From NCBI GenBank assembly GCA_009928785.1, contig SABY01000001.1, positions 23,633-87,632 on the forward strand: a stretch of DNA of 64,000 nucleotides. Reading direction: 5' to 3'. This stretch comes from Clostridia bacterium (GTDB taxonomy: Bacteria; Bacteroidota; Bacteroidia; Bacteroidales; 4484-276). The translations under genes and the position numbers were made by a program. This document shows, piece after piece, positions 8,486 to 18,042 of this stretch; within the stretch, counting starts at the first letter, position 1, and each line of letters begins with the position of its first letter. A model generated the notes under the pieces. It had not been told where the DNA came from and ran no database searches. It saw only the letters and a list, made by a program, of their open reading frames with translations.

Positions 8486-10069
8486 TCAGTCTATCGAAAC
8501 TATCTTCCATCCCCACGCTTCGTGTTTTTTGTTGTACGAAATTATGGCAAGTCCTGAAATAATGTCGCCATCCTGAAGATTGTACTCGTCGCAAAGCGCA
8601 GGTGTAATATACATGCTGTTAGCAAAGCCGTAGGGTTTTCCTTCGGGAATGGTAACTTCGCCTGAGAAGGTTTGCAGGATGCCGGGGATAGTTTTTTCGC
8701 GTAAGCGGCGAATATTAAAAACGTTGTAGCGCCCGGCAATCTTGGTTTCTTTCATTCTTACCAAAAAAATATCTCCCACCTCTACTTTTGTAATAAACTT
8801 CTCGTACTTGAAAAATCCGCGTGAGCGATCGCTGGCCAAGAAGTTGAGGATTTTCTTGGCTTGGTTCACGGCCTCAATCACGATTTTTCGTTGCGGTATG
8901 TCATCAAATATCAACTCTTCGGCGCCGGGGCGGTAGCTTTGATACATGCTTAGGTTGTTGTCTTTAACAAAAGCCTGCTGGTACCAGCTCTCGTCGCCCC
9001 ATTCGGTAACGCTTTGTGGTATCTCCCATTTATTCTGGAAACAGAGCTTGAGTATCATTGCTATCTCGGTCTTGGCTTCGTCGTAAAAGCCTGCTTCGAT
9101 AAGTAGCGTGGTGAGGCGTTCGCGTATGGATATCAGTTTGTCGAGTTTCACTTTGCAAAGCAGCGCAGCACTAAGGCAGGCAATCTGCTTATCGGTGTCG
9201 CCGGTGTAGGCTTCCGACAGCAGCTCCCACACCCAAAAATCGGTGGGGCGGGTGCGGGCGTAAAAAGTAAGCGTGGCAAAAACCTGTTCATAGTGTCCCA
9301 GCGCCAATAGCAGCCGCACCTTATAATAGGGCAACATGCGGAAGAATTTGTTGTACTTCATCATCTCATCGAGCACCGGCAGGTAACGCTTCATCCGGGC
9401 TTTGATTTCATCGGCACGCTCGGTGTCGGTGGCTGTGCGAAGCGCTTTTAGCAAATGCTTGGCGTAGCGGTTGCACCCTTGTTCGGCTATGGCCATGCGC
9501 ACCATATTGTCGTCGCTCTTTACTATCTTGGTGTCGTCGCGTGTAAAATACCTTATGTCCCACCACTCAACAAAATCAAGGTAGAGCGGCGAATCGCGTA
9601 AGGCTTTATGAAAAGCTTTAAAAATAAAGGAGTATCCTTTGCCGGGTCGGCTGAAATGCAGCTTCATGGTTAATGTAGCCAACATTTCCATTTTCGCAAC
9701 ATCGAAATCAGCCTCTTTGGTAAACTCAAATGCTGCGGTGCCGATAGGCCATACCAGTTGGTTGGTTACCATCTTTTCGTTCTCGCCCAGGTCCAGCTCC
9801 ACAAATTGCCGGAGGTAATCCATAAAAATGTCCAAATCGGTGGCGCTGCTATGATTTTTCATCAAATCGTGCAGCACCCATCCCATGGCGCGCTTGTTTA
9901 GCGTCAGAATGGTTTCGGGTTTCGGCGACGCATCGGGGTCGAAAGTATCGATTGCTTCATCGGGAAGTGATTCTAATTGTTGAACCTGTTGCAAGTGGCG
10001 TTGTGCCTGTTGATAAGCTTCGTCAAGTTTTCCCGATTTTCTTAGTTGTTCTACTTCGTTGTAGGGCAT
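8486..10069 (-). CDS. Uncharacterised 527-aa protein: helical (TPR-like) body plus C-terminal cold-shock/OB-fold-like domain
   Basis: Long clean ORF with an ATG start. The C-terminus GEVTIPEGKPYGFANSMYITPALCDEYNLQDGDIISGLAIISYN resembles the CSD pattern (G.V...GFGF....D.F.....L..G..V). No catalytic motif recognised. Confidence 0.55.
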   Translation of the reverse strand: MPYNEVEQLRKSGKLDEAYQQAQRHLQQVQQLESLPDEAIDTFDPDASPKPETILTLNKRAMGWVLHDLMKNHSSATDLDIFMDYLRQFVELDLGENEKMVTNQLVWPIGTAAFEFTKEADFDVAKMEMLATLTMKLHFSRPGKGYSFIFKAFHKALRDSPLYLDFVEWWDIRYFTRDDTKIVKSDDNMVRMAIAEQGCNRYAKHLLKALRTATDTERADEIKARMKRYLPVLDEMMKYNKFFRMLPYYKVRLLLALGHYEQVFATLTFYARTRPTDFWVWELLSEAYTGDTDKQIACLSAALLCKVKLDKLISIRERLTTLLIEAGFYDEAKTEIAMILKLCFQNKWEIPQSVTEWGDESWYQQAFVKDNNLSMYQSYRPGAEELIFDDIPQRKIVIEAVNQAKKILNFLASDRSRGFFKYEKFITKVEVGDIFLVRMKETKIAGRYNVFNIRRLREKTIPGILQTFSGEVTIPEGKPYGFANSMYITPALCDEYNLQDGDIISGLAIISYNKKHEAWGWKIVSID

Positions 10070-10162
10070 GGGATTATGAGTTTTTAGTTTTTAAGTACAA
10101 CAGATCAGGGTCAGATTTTAAAAGTTGGTCAAGGGTTTGGTTTTTTATTTTAAAAAAATGGT

Positions 10163-11419
10163 TCAATTACTAATTGCCGGCGTGTAGGTATTGGTTGGAT
10201 ATTGGAATACTTTCAAATCGAATTCAGGAATGATGGCCAGGATGTGATCGAAAATATCTGCCTGAATGGCTTCATATTCCGACCAGGCCTGCACTTTACT
10301 GAAAACATAAATCTCGATGGGCAGTCCTTTTTCGGTAGGTTGCAGATGGCGTATCAGGAAAGTCATCTCTTTGTGCACGTCGGGATGATTCATCAGGAAA
10401 GCGCTCAGGTAAGCCCTAAATACACCAATGTTGGTTTGTCGCCGTCCGTTTACCATAACTCTGGTGTCGATATTGCGTTCCAGATTGTATTGTTGTATTT
10501 CGACCTCTTTGCTTTGGACATACTCATTGATATAGCGAATCTGCTTGTATTTTTCCAGCATTTCCCGCGTACAAAAGCGGATGCTGTTGATGTCGATATT
10601 GATGGAGCGTTTTATGCGCCTGCCACCCGATTCTTCCATACCACGCCAGTTTTTAAAGGATTCTGTAAACAGCGAATAGGCGGGGATGGTAGAAATGGTC
10701 TTATCCCAGTTTTGAACTTTAATGGTGGTAAGTGTGATGTCGGTTACCGTGCCGTCGGTGTCGTATTTTTGCATGGTTATCCAGTCGCCGGGGCGCAGCA
10801 TATCGTTGGCGCTAAGTTGCACGCCGGCCACCAACCCCAGTATGGTATCTTTAAAAATCAGCAGAAGTATGGCCGAAAATGCGCCCAGCCCGCCAATGAG
10901 TATCAGGGGGTTTTGGCCAATAAGAACGGAAATAACCCAAATGGTGATGAAAATATAGATCAGGATTTTTCCTAACTGAATGTAGCCTTTTATCGGCTTG
11001 GAGCGGGACACGCCATAGGTAGTGTAAATGCTCAGGATTGCATCGAGGAGTGCTGTGAGCACAAGCATAACTACAACGAGGCTATAGATGCGAAGCGCCA
11101 GCAGTAGAAAACTAGACAGATCAGGATAGTCGTCGAGTGCATAAGGAATGAGCTTGTAAAGCACATAAGCAAGTACCAGATAAGCTGCGCGTGCAAATAC
11201 GCGATGCTCCATCAGTGCGTCGTCCCAGTGTGATTGGGTACGCATGACGATACGCGTAACGATGGTAAGTAGTATTTTACGTGTAATTACAAAGAGCAGG
11301 TAGCTCAATAGGAGGATGGCAATCAGCATCACCCCTGGGATAAAAATATCAGCGTAAGCCACAGGAATTCCTGTTAATTCAAACAGTTCCTGAAGCAAGC
11401 TGTCGATGGTTTTAAACAT
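10163..11419 (-). CDS. Mechanosensitive ion channel (MscS family)
   Basis: Several N-terminal TM helices, then the MscS beta-domain block LSANDMLRPGDWITMQKYDTDGTVTDITLTTIKVQNWDKTISTIPAYSL. Confidence 0.85.
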   Translation of the reverse strand: MFKTIDSLLQELFELTGIPVAYADIFIPGVMLIAILLLSYLLFVITRKILLTIVTRIVMRTQSHWDDALMEHRVFARAAYLVLAYVLYKLIPYALDDYPDLSSFLLLALRIYSLVVVMLVLTALLDAILSIYTTYGVSRSKPIKGYIQLGKILIYIFITIWVISVLIGQNPLILIGGLGAFSAILLLIFKDTILGLVAGVQLSANDMLRPGDWITMQKYDTDGTVTDITLTTIKVQNWDKTISTIPAYSLFTESFKNWRGMEESGGRRIKRSINIDINSIRFCTREMLEKYKQIRYINEYVQSKEVEIQQYNLERNIDTRVMVNGRRQTNIGVFRAYLSAFLMNHPDVHKEMTFLIRHLQPTEKGLPIEIYVFSKVQAWSEYEAIQADIFDHILAIIPEFDLKVFQYPTNTYTPAISN

Positions 11420-11533
11420 TTTATTCGATTACCGTGGTTTTGCGTCAAAAATAATAATTTTTTTGGCTTTAGCCATAATCATTATCTTAACCGGATTAGC
11501 GTTGGTTGCAGCGATGCTCAAGGTCAGACTTAA

Positions 11534-12244
11534 TTACAATACCCGCTTCAGCTCCTGCAGATAGCGATTGCGAACCAGCCTGATGTTGTCCATGTCGTTT
11601 TCTTCGCGGTAAAGCCTGATGTTGTCGATCACTCCCTTTGGTGTGAAAAAGACGCCCAAAGCAGCATCGAAATTATTATACTCATCGCTGATTTTCAGGT
11701 TGTGGGTAATGCTCTCAAAAACATCCCAGCTAACCAACGACGGAATAACAAAATAAATCATCTGTGTGGTGCGGGTGTCGTGGTACATTTCGGGTTCGAT
11801 GAGTTCCAGGGTGAAATATTTGCGGATTTTTATCAAACCATAAAACGGATCCATATTGCGCGACTTCATAAAGTCGATGCCGTTTTTGCGATACAGCCGT
11901 ATCAGCTCGTCAATTTTGTCGTAGCCGCTAATGTCTTTGACGCGGATGCAGGGGGTGAGATTATTGAATACAGTAATCTGACCGGGTACGGCATCAAAAG
12001 TATCGGTAAATTCCCGCTTTACCCCCATGGTGGCACGAATCACTTTTTCGCCGGTATATTTGCGGTCGGTAACCAAAAACAGCGAAGTGGGGTTCAGTTG
12101 GTCAGGAATGGTGGTGCCGTGATAGCCTGGGTAAGGCTTCATTGTTTCGAGAACCAGTGCTTTGTCGGTATCATGTTCGACGGTGGAAAGCACCTCCTTT
12201 TTGGTGATTGTTCCCACGGTTTCCAAAATTGTCTTGTTGTTCAT
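11534..12244 (-). CDS. Hypothetical protein (236 aa), no recognisable motif
   Basis: Clean ORF with an ATG start, a non-repetitive sequence and coding-like composition. Confidence 0.55.
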   Translation of the reverse strand: MNNKTILETVGTITKKEVLSTVEHDTDKALVLETMKPYPGYHGTTIPDQLNPTSLFLVTDRKYTGEKVIRATMGVKREFTDTFDAVPGQITVFNNLTPCIRVKDISGYDKIDELIRLYRKNGIDFMKSRNMDPFYGLIKIRKYFTLELIEPEMYHDTRTTQMIYFVIPSLVSWDVFESITHNLKISDEYNNFDAALGVFFTPKGVIDNIRLYREENDMDNIRLVRNRYLQELKRVL

Positions 12245-12371
12245 AGTGTTAATTGTGAATATTTAATGCCTGCGAAAATATGGTTTTTTTTAATTCATAA
12301 ACATTGCATCCCTATTTTTTGATGAAAAGGATCGTGAAAAAATCATTGGGCACATCTAAATCGTCATTTCA

Positions 12372-12520
12372 AGACGCACGTCCCCCGCATGGGCGGGGCA
12401 GGCTGTGCGTCTCTACAATTGAAATCCCAAATCCCAAATCCCAAATCCCAAATCCCAAATCCCAAATCCCAAATCCAATTTCTTACTTCTAACTTCTATT
12501 CTCTTCCCTCTTAATTTCGT
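12372..12520. repeat. Composite intergenic element: nested GC hairpin, CAATTGAAATCC junction, (AAATCCC)x7 and an AT-rich tail
   Basis: Outer stem AGACGCAC/GTGCGTCT (12372-12379 / 12405-12412). Inner stem CCCCGC-ATGG-GCGGGG. Seven perfect heptads at 12422-12470 plus one imperfect. Tail TTCTTACTTCTAACTTCTATTCTCTTCCCTC. Confidence 0.9.
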
Positions 12521-12551
12521 TATTTTGCACCCAAATTTATAATTTCTGCGC

Positions 12552-14426
12552 ATGAATCTGCTCACGGTCGATAATGTTACCAAATCGTTTGGCGAGAAAT
12601 TGCTTTTCGAGAACATCTCCTTTGGAATCTCATCGGGGCAAAAACTGGCGCTGATAGCACGAAATGGCACTGGTAAGACCAGCCTGCTGCGCATCCTCAC
12701 CGGCGCCGAACCGCCCGATAGCGGCCTGGTGACCGTCGGCAACGACGTGCGGATTTCCTATTTACCCCAAAATCCGGAAATGGACGAGAGCCATACCATT
12801 ATGCAATATCTCTTTGCCACCGGCAACAAGATGATGGCGCTTTTGCAGCAATACACAATGCTTTCGTCAGGCCATAATTTTGATAAAGAAACCGCTCAGC
12901 ATATCACGGGTCAGATGGACGAGCTGCATGCCTGGAATTACGAAGCGCGGATAAAAGAAATTCTGAGCAAATTCGACATTGTGGACCTGCAGCAAAGTAT
13001 CGGGCAACTTTCGGGTGGCATGCGCAAAAAGGTGGCGCTGGCCAAGGCGCTTATCGACGATGCCGATCTGGTGATACTCGACGAGCCTACCAACCACCTC
13101 GACGTAACTACCATCGAATGGATAGAAAACTACCTGAATCGCCAAAACCTGGCGCTGTTGCTGGTAACCCACGACCGCTATTTCCTGGATCAGGTTTGCA
13201 ATGAGATTTTGGAAATCGACAATCAGACTTTGTACAAATACCGCGGCAACTACACCTATTTCCTCGAAAAGCGCGAAGAGCGTTTGGCCAACGAAAAAAC
13301 CGAAATCCTAAAAGCTCGCGCCAACTACAAAATGGAGCTTGATTGGATGCGCCGAATGCCGCAAGCCCGCGCTACCAAAGCCAAAGCCCGCGAAGACAAT
13401 TTCTACCGTATCGAAGAAATAGCCAAGACGAGCCTGGGCGAGCAAACGCGCGGCTTCGACGTGGACATGCAGCGCCTGGGTGGAAAAATTTTGGAACTCA
13501 ACAACATCGAAAAAGCCTACGACACCAAGAAGTTGCTCAACGATTTTTCGTACATCTTCAAGAAAGGCGACCGCATCGGGATAATTGGTGCTAATGGCGT
13601 CGGGAAAAGTACGCTGCTGCAAATAATCATGGAAGAGGTGAAACCCGACAAAGGACGCGTGGTGAAAGGCAAAACCCTCGAAATTGGTTATTTCCGCCAG
13701 GAGGGCCTGCCCATGAAAGAAGACAAGCGTATCATCGACATTGTGAAAGATATTGCCGAGCAGGTCGAGTTTAAAAAGGGGAGCATGACGCCGACGCAGT
13801 TTCTTTCGTATTTCAATTTTAAAACCGACATCCATTACAACTATTATTCGAGCCTGAGCGGAGGAGAGCGACGCAAACTATATCTGCTCACCACGTTGCT
13901 GCGCAAGCCCAACTTTCTGATTCTCGACGAGCCTACCAACGATCTCGACATCGATACGCTGAATAAACTTGAAGAATTTCTGATGGGTTACGAGGGTTGT
14001 CTGATGATCGTGTCGCACGACCGCTATTTTATGGATCATGTGGTGGATCATATTTTTGCTTTTGAAGGCGATGGACGCATTCGCGATTACTACGGCAACT
14101 ATTCGGAGTATGCCCGTTTGAGAAGATTACATGAGAAGCAGCAGAAATCGGTTCCGCGCAACGCCGCTCCACGCACCGAAACGCGTAGCAAATCTGATTT
14201 GCAAAAGCCTACTTACAAGCAGGTAAAAGAATACGAAGCGCTCACCGAAAAAATTGATCTTCTCGAACTCGAGCGCGCGGCAATTCTCGACAACCTTAAC
14301 AGCGGCAACGGCACGCCGGATGAGCTGATCAAATGGTCGGAGGGAATTGCTGAAATTATGCGCCGGATTGACGAAGCCAGCGACCGCTGGCTCGAACTGA
14401 GCGAAATCATCGAAGCCGCCAACTGA
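12552..14426 (+). CDS. ABC-F family ATPase (two ABC cassettes, no TM domain)
   Basis: Walker A motifs GTGKTS and GVGKST. ABC signatures LSGGMRKK and LSGGERRK. Charged C-terminal coiled-coil tail. Confidence 0.9.
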   Translation: MNLLTVDNVTKSFGEKLLFENISFGISSGQKLALIARNGTGKTSLLRILTGAEPPDSGLVTVGNDVRISYLPQNPEMDESHTIMQYLFATGNKMMALLQQYTMLSSGHNFDKETAQHITGQMDELHAWNYEARIKEILSKFDIVDLQQSIGQLSGGMRKKVALAKALIDDADLVILDEPTNHLDVTTIEWIENYLNRQNLALLLVTHDRYFLDQVCNEILEIDNQTLYKYRGNYTYFLEKREERLANEKTEILKARANYKMELDWMRRMPQARATKAKAREDNFYRIEEIAKTSLGEQTRGFDVDMQRLGGKILELNNIEKAYDTKKLLNDFSYIFKKGDRIGIIGANGVGKSTLLQIIMEEVKPDKGRVVKGKTLEIGYFRQEGLPMKEDKRIIDIVKDIAEQVEFKKGSMTPTQFLSYFNFKTDIHYNYYSSLSGGERRKLYLLTTLLRKPNFLILDEPTNDLDIDTLNKLEEFLMGYEGCLMIVSHDRYFMDHVVDHIFAFEGDGRIRDYYGNYSEYARLRRLHEKQQKSVPRNAAPRTETRSKSDLQKPTYKQVKEYEALTEKIDLLELERAAILDNLNSGNGTPDELIKWSEGIAEIMRRIDEASDRWLELSEIIEAAN

Positions 14427-14441
14427 TCCAACCTTTATTAC

Positions 14442-15326
14442 ATGAAAAACCAGAAGAAGGCCATTACTTATGCGCTCATCACGGTGGTGCTATGGTCCAC
14501 TATTGGCTCGGCTTTTAAGATTACCTTGCGATACATCGCCTTTGCCGACTTACTTTTTTATGCTGTTGTCGTTTCCTTTGTCTTTTTCCTTACGGCAATG
14601 GCTGTTACCGGACGCCTCAAAAAAATGCGGTATCTACGTTGGCAAGATATACGGCTGGCGGCTATACTCGGATTCCTCAATCCCTTTTTATACTACCTTG
14701 TGTTGATTCGTGCCTACGAACTTTTGCCCGCACAGGAAGCCGGAACCCTCAACTACATCTGGCCGGTGGTGCTGGTGTTGCTTTCGGTGCCGCTGCTCCA
14801 TCAGCGCATTGGCTGGGTAAGTATGCTGGCAATCCTGATAAGCTTTGCAGGCACGCTCGTGATTGCCACCGGCGGGCGGCTGCTAAGTCTGCATTTTAGC
14901 AGTGGTATTGGTGTGTTGCTTGCCGCCGGCAGCGCCGTTTTTTGGTCGCTGTATTGGATTTTTAATGTCAGGGATAAAAAGGAAGAGATCATCAAACTCT
15001 TTCTCAACTTCAGCTTCGGATTGCTTTATGTCTTTATTTATCTACTCCTCACCAAAGGCTTCCGTTTGCCGGATGCACGCGGTTTGGCCGGCAGCGTTTA
15101 TATTGGCTTGTTTGAAATGGGAATCACCTTTGTGCTGTGGCTCAAAGCGCTTCAATATTGCAGCACTACAGCCAAAATTTCCAATCTGGTTTTTCTTTCG
15201 CCTTTCCTGTCGTTGATTTGGATACGATATGCTGTGGGCGAAACCATTATGCTTTCGACCATTGCCGGGTTGGCTCTGATAGTAGGAGGAATTTTACTGC
15301 AACGTTTTTCGGGAAGGTGGGAGTAG
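14442..15326 (+). CDS. EamA/DMT superfamily transporter
   Basis: About 10 predicted TM helices in two EamA-like halves; 294 aa. Confidence 0.8.
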   Translation: MKNQKKAITYALITVVLWSTIGSAFKITLRYIAFADLLFYAVVVSFVFFLTAMAVTGRLKKMRYLRWQDIRLAAILGFLNPFLYYLVLIRAYELLPAQEAGTLNYIWPVVLVLLSVPLLHQRIGWVSMLAILISFAGTLVIATGGRLLSLHFSSGIGVLLAAGSAVFWSLYWIFNVRDKKEEIIKLFLNFSFGLLYVFIYLLLTKGFRLPDARGLAGSVYIGLFEMGITFVLWLKALQYCSTTAKISNLVFLSPFLSLIWIRYAVGETIMLSTIAGLALIVGGILLQRFSGRWE

Positions 15327-15333
15327 CGCCCGG

Positions 15334-16461
15334 CTATAAATCGGTGTTGTATTTCACAAATTTAATTTCGATGGGAACGCGCGGAAAGTCCTCGCCCAGT
15401 GAAGTTTTGAGTGCGCTATAATAGCGCGTCATCATCTGCGCAGCTTTTTGTTGCTGAAATGCCGCTACCGAATCTGAATATTCACGCGTGAGCACCAGAT
15501 GTACCAGGGAGTTGTTTTCGACATAATAATCTTTGATGCCTGGCTGCAAAGTTTGTTTATAAGCCCAGTCGTTGATAAAAGGTATAAATTTTCGCAACAG
15601 CGGAACCGAAAGCTGCGACACAGTGCTGTAATCGCTTATTGGTTCTTTGGCGGTTGCAGGATTGTCCGCTGTGTTTGGCTTTTCTTCAGCTACCGGGATA
15701 TCCTTTTCCAGCTTAGGTTCTGGTTTGGCAAATTCCTCTTTGGGCTGGTCGGCAACTTTCGGGGCAGCTTCTATAGCAGCAGCAGATTCTGTTTCCGGCT
15801 CCGAATTTTGCGCCAGCAACTGGTTGTCCCTAATTTCATCAGGAATAATTGCTTCAGTTTCGGCAGCAGTTGCAGCGGGCACAACTTTCTTTTCGGGAAT
15901 TACGTAAAGTGGCCGATAGGAAGCCTCCCAAGTGAGATATTTCTTGTGGCTGATTACGGCAGGTGTCGGAGAAACCGCATCGGCAGAAGCGGCAGATTTC
16001 TCATCGGAAAATGGCTGGTCGGATAAATCAGTATTAGCAAGTTCAGAAGCCGTGTTCGTTTCGGCATCATCATCAATCGCAGCTATTGTGTTTTTGTCGG
16101 GCGATGGCGAGGCAGGTTTGTTTATTGATGTGTTGGTGCGATTGGTTGTGGCTGTAGTAAGCGACGAAAGATCGGTAGTGCGAAGTGCGAACAGAAGCAC
16201 AATTGTTAATGCTGCGGCTCCCACAATCATTATTGTGCCGGTAACAATATTACGTCGGGTGGTAAGGGTAGGCTGAAGCGTATCGGGATGCACATACTCA
16301 TCGTTTTCGCCATTGAAATGACGGTTGCTGAAAAACCGACTGCGCGCTTCCTGCTCCATTGCCGCGAAATATTTGCGCGGATAAACATCATGATGGGTCA
16401 GCCTATCGAGGAAATCCTGATCCGACAATGTTTTCAACTTATTTCTGAATCTTCTGAGCAT
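15334..16461 (-). CDS. Hypothetical single-pass membrane protein with a long low-complexity (T/A/P/E-rich) linker
   Basis: TM segment IVTGTIMIVGAAALTIVLLFAL, a disordered middle, and a structured C-terminal ~100 aa. ATG verified. Confidence 0.55.
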   Translation of the reverse strand: MLRRFRNKLKTLSDQDFLDRLTHHDVYPRKYFAAMEQEARSRFFSNRHFNGENDEYVHPDTLQPTLTTRRNIVTGTIMIVGAAALTIVLLFALRTTDLSSLTTATTNRTNTSINKPASPSPDKNTIAAIDDDAETNTASELANTDLSDQPFSDEKSAASADAVSPTPAVISHKKYLTWEASYRPLYVIPEKKVVPAATAAETEAIIPDEIRDNQLLAQNSEPETESAAAIEAAPKVADQPKEEFAKPEPKLEKDIPVAEEKPNTADNPATAKEPISDYSTVSQLSVPLLRKFIPFINDWAYKQTLQPGIKDYYVENNSLVHLVLTREYSDSVAAFQQQKAAQMMTRYYSALKTSLGEDFPRVPIEIKFVKYNTDL

Positions 16462-16596
16462 AGATTTTTTGGTAATGATTTATCGATTTGCTCAACAAAA
16501 TTATAACAATGAATTATAGGGAAAATCTATTTTTGCTTTTTTAACACCTGCGCAATATCTTCTAATTTTTAATAACGCCCAAATTTAAAAGTTGTT

Positions 16597-17778
16597 TTGA
16601 GAGCCTACCCACGCATTACTGATCTCATAAATGATCTCACCGGAATCGACCTAAACCTGCCCGTTCAGACGTATGGCTTTTTTGTTGCACTGGCCTTCGT
16701 AGCAGGGGGGTTTATACTTTGGCTTGAGCTGGATCGGAAAGAAAAATCCGGCCAAATAAAGTTGAAAAACAGCCAGATGGTGACCAGGAAGAAGCCTGTG
16801 GCCGTCGAGTATCTCATTTCCGGAATCTTGTATTTTATCATCGGATTCAAGCTTACGGGAATCATTTTTAATTATGACGAGTTTACTGCCAATCCCCAGG
16901 GTTTTATATTTTCCGCCAAGGGATTTTATATTGGCGGTTTGGTGGTAATGGTGCCGGTATTGTGGATGATTTACCGGAAAGGGAAAAAAGCGGAAAGTGC
17001 AAACCCGGATGATGAAAAAGAATTGCGGGCGCGCGATCTTACACCGGCCATCGTTTTGGTAGCTGCTGTAGCCGGTATTGCCGGAGCCAAAATATTTGAT
17101 GTCGTCGAGCATCTCGATCAACTCTTCCGCGACCCGCTCGGCACACTATTTTCCTTTAGTGGATTAACTTTTTATGGAGGATTGCTCGTAGCGGCTTTTG
17201 CTGTAGGCATTTATGGCGAGCGCCACAATATCCGGTGGCCGGTAATGGCCGATGCGGTGGCTCCTGCTTTGATGCTTGCTTACGGCATAGGGCGCATTGG
17301 CTGCCAACTTTCCGGCGACGGCTGCTGGGGAATCGTGAATACGCTCACCAAACCAGCGTGGCTTACCTGGTTGCCCGATTTTATGTGGAGTTCCACCTTT
17401 CCGCACAACGTCATCAAAGAAGGCCTGCCACTGATGGATTGTAATGGAACCTATTGTTATGAATTGGGGCAGCCGGTTTTTCCTACTTCCCTTTACGAAA
17501 CGTTGATCGCTATTACTTTCTTTGGGGTGCTGTGGGCGCTCCGAAAACGTTTCACTGTTGCCGGAATGTTATTTTCGCTCTATCTGGTGCTAAATGGCAT
17601 AGCACGTTTTATTATCGAATTTGTGCGTGTTAATATTCGCTATCAGGTAGCTGGCTTCGAGGTGTCGCAGGCACAGATTATTGCTGTAATGCTGATTGTG
17701 GTGGGTGGCTTCGGTTTGTTTTATTTCAGATATTTGCATCCGATGGAAAGAAATCGCAAAAAATCAAATCCCAAATGA
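16597..17778 (+). CDS. lgt: Prolipoprotein diacylglyceryl transferase family protein
   Basis: Polytopic membrane protein. Lgt-like blocks [17 protein letters not shown] and [15 protein letters not shown] start with no nearby ATG. The last codons are built from the heptad-like AAATCNN repeat. Confidence 0.7.
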   Translation: MRAYPRITDLINDLTGIDLNLPVQTYGFFVALAFVAGGFILWLELDRKEKSGQIKLKNSQMVTRKKPVAVEYLISGILYFIIGFKLTGIIFNYDEFTANPQGFIFSAKGFYIGGLVVMVPVLWMIYRKGKKAESANPDDEKELRARDLTPAIVLVAAVAGIAGAKIFDVVEHLDQLFRDPLGTLFSFSGLTFYGGLLVAAFAVGIYGERHNIRWPVMADAVAPALMLAYGIGRIGCQLSGDGCWGIVNTLTKPAWLTWLPDFMWSSTFPHNVIKEGLPLMDCNGTYCYELGQPVFPTSLYETLIAITFFGVLWALRKRFTVAGMLFSLYLVLNGIARFIIEFVRVNIRYQVAGFEVSQAQIIAVMLIVVGGFGLFYFRYLHPMERNRKKSNPK

Positions 17779-18000
17779 CAAAAGACAAATCACAAATAAA
17801 TCCCAAATTCCAAATTCTCAAAACCGTCGCTGGTTGAGCTTGTCGAAATCTGGTTATTAGGATTTATTTGGAACTTGTTTATTTGGAACTTGGAATTTCC
17901 CCAAAACTTGTTTATTTGGAACTTGGAATTTCCCCAAAACTTGTTTATTTGGAACTTGGAAATTCTCCAGGGCTTGTTATTTTGGAATCTGGGATTTAGC
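17764..18000. repeat. Composite repeat: period-7 tract (NNNNCAA), a central ~35 bp, then a 33-bp unit x~3.8; the arms form a long imperfect inverted repeat
   Basis: Unit CTTGTTTATTTGGAACTTGGAATTTCCCCAAAA starts at 17874, 17907, 17940 and 17973. Left AAATCCCAAATTCCAAA is nearly the reverse complement of right TTTTGGAATCTGGGATTT. Confidence 0.85.
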
Positions 18001-18042
18001 AGTAAATTGCCAAACAGTTAATAATCCATTGAAAATATAATT

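Noticed and set aside
8397-8594. N-terminal extension of the M16 peptidase ORF (track start 8594)
   Set aside because: The extension overlaps the 3' end of the upstream gene (8486..10069) and precedes a perfect lipoprotein signal that starts at the ATG at 8396. It was trimmed.
12422-12477. Telomere-like repeat (AAATCCC resembles the plant-type CCCTAAA)
   Set aside because: The sequence is CCCAAAT, not CCCTAAA. It is internal to a bacterial chromosome between ordinary genes, and it is one of many different heptads at similar elements.
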